Shown here piece after piece: positions 13,213 to 22,699 of a DNA stretch of 64,000 nt; within the stretch, counting starts at the first letter, position 1; every line of letters begins with the position of its first letter. The notes beneath the pieces are model-generated. The model worked only from the letters and a program-made list of their open reading frames with translations. It did no database searches and had not been told where the DNA came from. Position numbers and translations under genes: made by a program. The stretch is from Mobula hypostoma (lineage: Eukaryota), in the NCBI RefSeq assembly GCF_963921235.1, contig NC_086108.1, positions 44,704,001-44,768,000 of the forward strand. The letters are read 5' to 3'.

Positions 13213-13750
13213 CACTTCTTCCTACAGATGCTCCCTGGCCTGCTGCGTTCACCAGCAACTTTGATGTGTGTTGCTTGAATTTCCAGCATCTGCAGAATTC
13301 CTGTTTGCATTTAAAGAAGAATCTGGTAATGCTTTGGGTCCAGATTTTTGTCAGAATTGGGAAAGAAACAAATACATACTAATTTCAGTATGAGAGAAGG
13401 TGGGATTATCTCTGGGGGTAGTCCAAATGGCTTAATTTGCCAGTTATCAAATCTATATCCCTCTGTAGCCACCTATAACATCTTCACAATTCCATACTTA
13501 TTTTTGTGTTATCACTAACTTTAGCAACTACACCTTTTGGTGTCTTCATCCAAGTTGTGTATATATAAATTAGAAAATTTTGAGGATCCAGAACTGAATC
13601 CTATCCTACATCACACTTTCACCTTGCCAAAAAAAAAGCCAATTTACGCTTACCATTTCCTCCTAAGCTATGAGCTTATATTTTCGACAGTAACCTTCAA
13701 TGTGGCACATATATCATTTCCTTCTGGAAATACGTATACTCCATCTACTG

Positions 13751-13990
13751 CAACATACATCAAAGTTGCTGGTGAACGCAGCAGGCCAAGCAGCATCTAT
13801 AGGAAGAGGCGCAGTCGACGTTTCAGGCTGAGACCCTTCGTCAGGACAGTTAGTCCTGACGAAGGGTCTCGGCCTGAAACGTCGACTGCGCCTCTTCCTA
13901 TAGATGCTGCTTGGCCTGCTGCGTTCACCAGCAACTTTGATGTATGTTGCTTGAATTTCCAGCATCTGCAGAATTCCTGTTGTTTGCATT
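13751..13990. mobile_element. 240-bp non-coding fold-back PLE derivative with two hammerhead motifs (minus 13812-13847, plus 13851-13888)
   Basis: The arms are near-perfect reverse complements about an axis near 13850. 16-bp TSD TATACTCCATCTACTG (13735-13750, 13991-14006). Confidence 0.9.
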
Positions 13991-14589
13991 TATACTCCAT
14001 CTACTGGTTCCCCTTAATTCACAACATGTTATGATATCGAAGAGCCCCATTTGGTAAAATATGATCCTCTTATGAAATCACAACTTTGCTAGATTACTTT
14101 ATGTGCCTGTGATAAGTTTTTATTAATAGTCTTACCATTTCCTCAATGACAGATGTTATACCAACTGACCTGTAGTTTCCTGTTTTGTCTCTATCTTATG
14201 AATAAATAATTTAAATTTGCTGTTTTCTAATTTAATGTACCCTTCCACAAAACTGGGAAACTATGGAAATTAAATCAATCCTTTTTTTTAAGAACCCTGG
14301 ATGAAGTCCATTGGGAACCAGAAATCTGTTAGCCCAAAACCTGTGTGTTAAGTGCCATGACAGTTTTCTGAATTCCTCCTTCCCAATGTCCTTGGGTATC
14401 TTTTACATATTATTGTATCCTCTTTAATGCAAAATACCTCCTCCGTTCAGCTGGTATCTCCTTTTCTATTATTAATTCACCTGACTCTATAATACCAACA
14501 TTTACTTTAGCATTTAAAATATCTATAGGAGCCGTTACTATTTTTATTTAATAGTCTGTTTCCTTTTTTTAAATCCTCGTTTTTTCATT

Positions 14590-15405
14590 TGTTACATACC
14601 CCGTAACTGGGTTGCCAAACCAACAGAAATGGACCACTTAGTTGGAGTCTGGATTACTGGAACGAAGAAAGTTTTATTAAAGAAATAAGTAACACAGTAC
14701 TCTAATCGTAAGGATATAAATGCAACAGGTTAGCAATGATAAAACACACATGTACACAGAACTAGGATAATAGGAATCAATCAATCTCTATCGCAGTCTA
14801 GGGGTAAAATGATCAGTCTCAAGTGACGCAGAGTTCAGTTCAGCTGAGTACAGTTTGCAGTAATCGCTGTTGTGCTGTTGGATAGAGTGAGAGAGGATGA
14901 TATGCAAATTCTGATTCAAACAGACCTTTGTTCTTCGCAGTTAGCTTTCGAGTGAACCCTTTTATGTCTTCTGTGGTCACCGACTGTGACCCCTCCGTTC
15001 CGGATACGACCGTTCTTCTGCGGTGAACCCGGCACCCAGGCACACTAGGTTCCCGCCGATCGTACCTTTTCACCCTGTGCGTCTATGGTCGGTTCCCCCG
15101 ACCAGACCTCCAAACTCCCAACAACTTGTGGGGCACACTGCACTTCCAGGGTCTCATTATCTCGTGATCTCGTGGTGTGTCTTGCCTTAGCGAACCTGTT
15201 CTTTTTATTCCCCTGCTGGGGTATTGCCTGTCCATCAAACTTCAAACAGTTCAGGTTCAAAGCAACCAGTCTGTCAATACTCTTAATTGTGTTTCTTTTC
15301 CGTTACCTCTCTCTCCTCTCTCGTTAACATTTTGAACGCTTCTCCATTGTCTCCCTTATCTCTCTCATCAGTATCAATCTTCTGATAACTTGGTTTTTCG
15401 TCACA
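14590..15405 (-). mobile_element. Solo LTR (816 bp)
   Basis: TGTTAC...GTCACA termini, 4-bp TSD CATT (14586-14589, 15406-15409) and AATAAA on the minus strand at 14673-14678. Confidence 0.75.
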
Positions 15406-15689
15406 CATTGTCCAACTGTCCTGTCATTTTGACTTTGTAGAATGATGTTTTTCTTTTAGTTAACTGCAGATAGTGGGTCCTTTACTCAAAATTTTCTTTC
15501 TTGTTGAAATGTATCATGCTCTATGTTGTATCCCAAGAATTGATCCCTAAACTCAATTTGACAGTTTGTCTTTAGCTTGAGTCTAAAGTTAATATATGCT
15601 CATTACTTGCTAAGTGCTTTATTTCTTTATACACTTGTATATCTTAATTTTCAGCCCCCCCCAAGAGTATTACCTTCAGTTTATAATTT

Positions 15690-16151
15690 TCTTTTTCTTT
15701 TCAAATCTTTTATTATTGTATTATTCAAAAATAACGAGTACATCGAAGTAAGCAACACTTACAATGTCTCAAGGAAAAAAATTTTAAAGATTGAAAAATG
15801 TTGGTGATAATAAAAAACCCTATTAAGCAGAAAAAGTGGGGAAGAAATACCCCATTAGGTATATAACCCCAGAGCCATGCGTCATACAAAAAGCTAAAGA
15901 TAAACATCAAACCGCCAGCAAGAAAAAAAATATATACCAAAAATTTACAATTGGATTGTGGAGGAAATCTGTCAATTAACTCAAATGATAATAACGAGCA
16001 AATGAACCCCATCTTTTCTCAAAATCAAATAAAGGTTCAAAGGTTCGATTTCTAATTTTCTCCAAACTAAGACATAGCATAATAGAAAAGGAGATACCGG
16101 CTGAACAGAGGAGGTATTTTGCATTAAAGAGGATACAATAATATGTAAAAG
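15690..16151 (-). mobile_element. 5'-truncated L1-clade LINE with a captured local segment
   Basis: Encodes the ORF2 end IMLCLSLEKIR...FEKRWGSFARYYHLS*, followed by 3' UTR, AATAAA and an A-rich tail. 12-bp TSD AGTTTATAATTT (15678-15689, 16152-16163). Confidence 0.8.
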
Positions 16152-16766
16152 AGTTTATAATTTGATACACTGCAAATACAACTTGGCAGTTTCATTGAAT
16201 GCAATCATAATGCAGTAGCTGAAGTTTGTCCTGTAGCTTGGATAAACACACATTTGAGGGGGAATGTTGAATTCAGCACAGAATTGAATGTCTTAACAAT
16301 AAATTTGGAAGGATTTTTTTATTTCTATCTTCCTAATTTGTTCTGAAGATTTTATATTGAGGTTTTGTGTATCAACAGTGCAATTAAAACATTGTTCTTT
16401 AATGCATAAGATTTGATTGTTTTGTAAATAATGTACTGGGTCACCTGTACTCTGCTATTTAATTGCTCAGCCAGTTTGACAAAGCCGCTGGATGCCAGGA
16501 TCATTTTGAACTGACAGTGACCAAATATTGCAACATTAACACAAAATGTTTGCAACATCCAATATTGTTAAAAGAAATTTTGATATTCAGTACTGCAAAT
16601 GGATTGTAGTTTATATCAACAATTGACAAATCATTCCACGGCACTTTATTAAGGAGGAATTTACAAATATTCCTCATGACCACTCTTGTATTCACTAGAA
16701 GAGAATTTTAAATATGAAGGTCTGCAAGGAGAGTGACAGTTCTAAACATTTGTGTGGCTTTTACAG

Positions 16767-16919
16767 AAACTGAGCATATATGGAGACATGGAATTTATGA
16801 ATGAATTGAAGCTAACTTCATATCCGTCGTCATCACTGATTGTTATCAAATCCAAGGATGAAAAGGAAGTGGCTGGACCTTTGCCTACTAAAGTTAACCT
16901 AGACCAGTCAACAATTTAA
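16767..16919 (+). CDS. TMEM59: TMEM59 last coding exon
   Basis: ttttacAG acceptor. Encodes KLSIYGDMEFMNELKLTSYPSSSLIVIKSKDEKEVAGPLPTKVNLDQSTI*, matching the recalled TMEM59 C-terminus. Confidence 0.95.
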   Translation, partial: KLSIYGDMEFMNELKLTSYPSSSLIVIKSKDEKEVAGPLPTKVNLDQSTI

Positions 16920-17568
16920 TTAGTCAGGATTAAACTTGGAATCCCCTTATGTTCTGGAATTTGAAATGGTGGTCTTTGCCAAATGTCTGCTTGAGGTGAA
17001 TTTTCAAACTTAAGATATCACATTCCTAGATATAAATAATTCAACTTGATCTTGGGTATGGACTGTTTTATGAAAGTTATGAGCTATAAAACAGTTGTTT
17101 GTTGCACAACGATTTCTGAGAATGTCCGATCTTATTAGCAGCTGAACTTCTCAATCACACTGGTGTACAGATTAAGTGTATTTGCTTGTAATGTTTAATA
17201 TGATGCATTTCCTATTGAACTGTTGAAATGGACATTGATTAAAACTTCAGTTAAATTTATAACTTAATGTATTGATCTCCCTCTGCATCATGACTTTTCA
17301 TGCTTTTGGCAAGAGATGCTCACATTTGCATCATGTAAATACTGAGTCACAATCTTCAACAGTTTAACTTAACAGTAACTCATTGATAAATCTGTAACTT
17401 TTGTTTTGCAGCTTGGCAGAGTTCATTTAGGGCATTTTTCTCAAGCTAATTTTTGCTGAGTTACTGTGAAATTTTTACTTTATTGTAATCAAACTTAAGC
17501 TTTTGTAGTTTTTCATCCAAAAGTACTATCTTCATGGGTTTTGTGGACAAGATTTTCTTCAGCTCAGA

Positions 17569-17574
17569 AATAAA
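17569..17574 (+). terminator. Candidate TMEM59 polyadenylation signal
   Basis: AATAAA followed by G/T-rich sequence, 650 nt after the stop. Other AATAAA hexamers lie further downstream. Confidence 0.4.
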
Positions 17575-18167
17575 TATTGGTTTGTACACCCTTTTCTGGT
17601 TATCGTATTTCCTCTTCTTTGCAGTAGTCAATGAATACTTTTAACCTACGCTGGAGAAGAAGCTAAATTCTAATTTGTGTGATGGAGAGTGGAATTGCCA
17701 TCAAATGATAATATTGGAAAATGAATAAACTACCTTTTATAAAGGTAGCACAAAAACTGCAATGACATTAAAACAAGTTTTCTATAGCTAATATTCTTAA
17801 GGTAAACTTTAAAGGCAAATGAAATTTCATGCACTGATATGAAATTATTTAAGGTCAGGACGGACTCCTAATTTGCTAATACTCAGAGGACACTTTGGTT
17901 AGCCAGGTCATCCTTTGGAGGTTTGCCTTCAATAAATATCAGTAACAGGATGGGATGGAGATGGGCTCAGAGGGTTTCTGAAAAATGTCAAGTCTTTAGC
18001 TATTTACAGAACTGTGAAAATTCAGTTCTTGAGATTTCTATAAACAGAAACAGATTTCCTTGCTCAGGTACCCAAAGATTTTCTACAGAAAGTAGGTATC
18101 AGAAAATAAAATCACCATGCAATGAACTAAATACTTAATCATCAACCAGTACTATGCTATATTGGGA

Positions 18168-18592
18168 AACACTTAATTTGCCTTATGAGAATAGGTTGAG
18201 TGAACTCTGCCTTTTCTCCTTGAAACAGCAGGATGAGGGGTGACCTGATAGAGGTGTACAAGATGATGAGGGGCATTGATTGTGTGGATAGTCAGAGGCT
18301 TCTTCCCGGGGCTGAAATAGCTAGCATGAGAGGGCATAGTTTTAAGGTGCTTGGATGTAGGTACAGAGGAGATGTCAGGGGTAAAGTTTTTTTTATGCAG
18401 AGGTGTGAGTGCATGGAATGGGCTGCCGGCAGTGGTGATGGAGGCAGAGATGATGGGGTCTTTTAAGTGGCTCCTGAATAGGTACATGGAGCTTAGACAA
18501 ATAGAGGGCTATGGATAAGCCTAGGTAATTCTAAAGTAAGGACATGTTCGGCATAGCTTTATGGTAAAAGGGCCTGTGTTGTCTATGTTTCT
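18168..18592 (+). mobile_element. CR1 3' fragment between the TMEM59 and LRRC42 3' ends
   Basis: ORF 18233-18466 reads MRGDLIEVYKMMRGID, with a ctatgtttcta tail. Confidence 0.85.
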
Positions 18593-18686
18593 ACCTCCCT
18601 CATTTTTCAGATAATGACAAATAGAGGAACTCTCAAAATAAATCAAACACTGTGACGACATCTAACTTGCAGAACCTAAAAAAAGC

Positions 18687-18692
18687 TTTATT
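18687..18692 (-). terminator. Candidate LRRC42 polyadenylation signal
   Basis: AATAAA on the minus strand about 200 nt after the stop. Confidence 0.4.
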
Positions 18693-18893
18693 TCATTATC
18701 CATACAATTCAAATAAATTTAACTCAATGATGAGAAATAATATGTTCAGAAACAGCGTAAACTGCTAGTTCAGTCAGGTGACTGGCAAGTGCTGAAAAGT
18801 TTTAAAACACTTATCTGGGCTTTGCTAATGAAGGAATCTTCCAAAATCCTTAATCTTTTAGAAGTTCGCTCTGTACAAGTTTCAGTTTCCTCT

Positions 18894-19144
18894 TCAGTAA
18901 CAGTTCAGTAAATCCCAGTCATCCAAGGTCAGCTCAGCATGTTTGCATTTCACAGGAGAGGAACAATCAATCTCATAAGTTCGGTCGGGTCCTCTCTTAC
19001 GGGGTCCAATTGTGGAACACGTAGCTGTCTCTCCAGAGAGATCCTGATTAGGTTTTCTGTGAAACTGCATTTTGAAGGAGTCCTTGATTTGCACTGTATT
19101 TGAAAACCCATCAGTGCCTAAACTGATGAATTTATTCATCCCGT
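18894..19144 (-). CDS. LRRC42: LRRC42 coding exon 7 (last)
   Basis: Encodes (Y)GMNKFISLG...ELTLDDWDLLNCY*, matching the LRRC42 C-terminal DWDLLNSY motif; phase fits exon 6. Confidence 0.9.
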
Positions 19145-19399
19145 CTTTTTTTTTAAAAAAAAGGAGAATTTAATTATAAATATTGTAAAGCAAAGAGAAT
19201 TGCAAGTTATTTTATAAAACAAGTGAACTAATTGGTCAGATAGAATAGCACTCCAGCAGATGCTGTTTGAGAATTAGTTGCAATCAGAGCAACTGCCACT
19301 GTTGCAAGACCATTCACAAATCAGCCTGCTGACATTGACATTTACTGCTTAAGCCCACACATTTTGCATGATTTCCTCCCCACCCTGAGTTTGTTTGTT

Positions 19400-19620
19400 T
19401 ACTGAGATACAGTGCAGAATAGGCCCTCTGAGCCACACTAAGATTTAATCCTAGCCTAATCATGGAACAGTTTACAATGACCAATTAACCTACCAACTGG
19501 TACATCTGTAGGAGGAAACCCACACGGTAAGTATAAACACTTTACAGGCAGTGGCAGAAATTGAATCCGGGTAGCCTGTACTATAAAGTGTTGTGCTAAC
19601 CGCCTTGCTACCTTACCGCC
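19400..19620 (-). mobile_element. tRNA-derived SINE with V-like core and CR1-like tail (HE1-like); related copies at about 50140-50405 and 52230-52500
   Basis: The three copies share acaatgaccaattaacctac...ggaggaaacc and a degenerate tRNA-like head. Confidence 0.6.
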
Positions 19621-19638
19621 TCTCTAGAAGCTTTAGGG

Positions 19639-20278
19639 CAGGTGTGGTAAACCTTTTTGACGGCATATATCCAAATTGGCAATAATCTTCTAAAACAAAT
19701 TATCCCATGTGCCATGGTGATTTTGAGCAGAAATAATCACTTATTAGTGAATTTGCAACAGTAATTATAGACTTTAAGGAAATCCTGTTGCTTATTTTTG
19801 TTTTACTGTTAAAAGTATAATAAAGGAAAAATTTTAAATGGGTTTTCAAAAAGCATTAATATTAATCTTATAAGAAGACAATTGAAAAATAAATATTCAT
19901 GGAGACACTAAACCTTTACTGTTACTATCACTGAAAATCTAGAATTCACTGAGAAACGACAGAAGAAAAAAATATAAGCAGAGCAAAACCAATGTAAATT
20001 GACCAAACCTTTTACTATCCGAATACTGATATGTACACCAAGTCTGTGAAGATTTCAGAATGTATCATTCAACATCACATGTTCTCACAACTGTAACTGG
20101 CACCAAGACAGCGTGAGACATTTTTTTAAAAAATGTTTCATTCTGAGTAAAGAATCATTATGTATCATTTTTTACTAGGGGTGGTGTTTTAAAACGGGAC
20201 TCTCTTCATGCGATGTTGCGACAATATTTTTTTTCACATGCCATCTTAGACCTGCGTGCCACAGGTTTGCCATCCCTG
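19639..20278. mobile_element. hAT-type non-autonomous DNA transposon
   Basis: TIRs CAGGTGTGGTAAACCT and AGGTTTGCCATCCCTG; decayed 8-bp flanks ctttaggg and tactagga. Confidence 0.6.
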
Positions 20279-21081
20279 TACTAGGATAATTTCCCCAAGG
20301 TTGGGGGAGACAAGAACTAGAGATCATAGGTTAATGGTGAAAGGAAATATTTAAGAGGAACTTCTTCACTCAAGAGGGTGGTGCAAGAGTAAGCTAGGAA
20401 GCATCTACAAAGACTTATAACTTCAAGGAAAAAGTAAATACATTCCATTGGCCAATTAGTAATACTGGAAGATGGTGCCAGCAAAAAAACGTGACCAAGA
20501 CCTCTAGACAGTTCATGAAACCATGTCTCCTTTCTTTTACCAATGTGGTTCTGCTGCTGTTGGAGCCTGTGATCTACATTTTGGTGGTGTGTTATCGAGC
20601 CTATTGAGTGATCTGGTGCTTTGCTGTCTTCCATGATATTCAGTGAGGTTTCGAATGAAGTGTGCGGTCTTGAAGCCAAGAAGCCTGGAGGCGGGGGGGG
20701 GGGTGATAAGCCCATGATCAACTCCACTTATTGCCGATTCGTAGCTGTCGGTGGGGAAGGTGAATCTCAGGGTTGTATACTGCATACAGACTTTGAATCT
20801 TCAGTTAAAGATGACTGACCAACACAAGACCTTTCACTGCCAGTAATTATATCCACATGAAAGAGATGTTAAGTTCATACACCACCCCCACACCCAGGTT
20901 TGGAGTCATGTGCCAGCACTATTTATTGGTAATTGAATAAGGAGACCGTCATATTTATTGACTCTCACTCCCAGTAAATACTACCAAGCGATGTGCCAAT
21001 TGCTCTAATAAAAACAGAAAAATGGAAATGAGATCAGTAAACAAGGTAGAAGTGAGAATATTAATGAGTTAGGATAATGTA

Positions 21082-22624
21082 CAGTGGCATGCAAAAGTTT
21101 GGGCACTCCTGGTCAAAATTTCTGTTACTGTGAATAGCTAAGTGAGTAAAAGATGAACTGATTTCCAAAAGGCATAAAGTTAAAGATGACACATTTCTTT
21201 AATATTTTAAGCAAGAAAACTTTTTTTTATTTCCATCTTTTACAATTTCAATATAACAAAAAAGGAAAAGGGCCCAAAGTGAAAGTTCGGGCACCCTGCA
21301 TGGCAGTACTTAGTAACACCCCCTTTGGCAAGTATCACAGCTGTGAATGCTTTTTGTAGCCAGCTTTCAATTCTTGTTTGGGGGATTTTCACCCATTTTT
21401 CCTTGCAAAAGGCTTCTAGTTCTGTGAGATTCTTGGGCCGTCTTGCATGCACTGCTATTTTGAGGTCTATCCACAGATTCTCGATGATGTTCAGGTCGGG
21501 GGACTGTGAGGGCCATGGCTAAACCTTCAGCTTGCGCCTCTTGAGGTAGTCCATTGTGGATTTTGAGGTGTGTTTAGGATCATTATCCTGTTATAGAAGC
21601 CATCCACTTTTCATCTTCGGCTTTTTTTTTTACAGACGGTGTGATGTTTGCTTCCAGAATTTGCTGGTATTTAATTGAATTCAATCTTCCCTCTACCAGT
21701 AAATGTTCCCCATGCCACTGGCTTCAACACAAGCCCAAAGCATGATCGATCCACCCCCCTGCTTAACAGTTGGAGAGGGGTTCTTTTCATGAAATTCTGC
21801 ACCCTTTTTTCTCCAGACATACCCTTTGCTCATTGCAGCCAAAAAGTTCTATTTTAACTTCATCAGCCCACAGGATTTGTTTCCAAAATGCATCAGGCTT
21901 GTTTAGATGTTCCTTTGAACCTTTTGAATAGAACCTTTTTTAAGCACAGGAGTGGATCGATCATGCTTTGGGCTTGTGTTGCAGCCAGTGGCACGGGGAA
22001 CATTTACTGGTAGAGGGAAGAATGAATTCAATTAAATACCTGCAAATTCTGGAAGCAAACATCACACCGTCTGTAAAAAAGCTGAAGGTGAAAAGAGGAT
22101 GGTTTCTACAACAGGATAATGATCCTAAACACACCTCAAAATCCACAATGGACTACTTCAAGAGGCACAAGCTGAAGGTTTTACCATGGCCCTCACAGTC
22201 CCCCTGACCGTCATCGAGAATCTGTGGATAGACCTCAAAAGAGCAGTGCATGCATTTCAGCCCAAGAATCTCACAGAACTAGAAGCCTTTTGCAAGGAAG
22301 AATGGGCGAAAATCCCCCCAAACAAGAATTGAAAGACTCTTAGCTGGCTACAAAAAGCATTCACAGCTGTGATACTTGCCAAAGGGGGTGTTACTAAGTA
22401 CTGCCATGTAGGGTGCCCAAACTTTTGCTTCAGGCCCTTTTCCTTTTTCGTTATTTTGAAATTGTAAAAGATGGAAATAAAAAAAGTTTTATTGCTTAAA
22501 ATATTAAAGAAATGTGTCATCTTTAACTTTATGCCTTTTGGAAACCAGTTCATCTTTTACTCGCTTAGCTATTCACAGTAACAGAAATTTTGACCAGGGG
22601 TGCCCAAACTTTTGCATGCCACTG
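21082..22624. mobile_element. Fold-back Tc1 derivative made of two inverted 3' halves
   Basis: TA-flanked CAGTGGCATGC...GCATGCCACTG. The transposase C-terminus (QQDNDPKH...WPSQSP) is on minus in the left arm and on plus in the right arm. Confidence 0.9.
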
Positions 22625-22699
22625 TATATCTCACTCATTTACATCTGTAAAATCTATAAAGTTACTCATAGAAGACTAAGGAAAAAAGAGGGTCGGTTA

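Larger units (their letters stand above)
10961..13313. mobile_element. Neptune-type Penelope-like element with inverted arrangement
   Basis: Minus arm carries RT C-terminus (YIDD), GIY-YIG and 3' end. Plus arm from about 12481 carries the CKRNKCYTC linker, GIY-YIG (VIYCIRCSRCGLLYIGET) and 3' end. 16-bp TSD AAGAAGAATCTGGTAA (10945-10960, 13314-13329). Confidence 0.92.

Noticed and set aside
12930..14034. Recurrent ORFs containing SPDEGSRPETST...DAAWPAAFTSNFDVC
   Set aside because: These are translations of the non-coding PLE 3' end and hammerhead, not a protein family.
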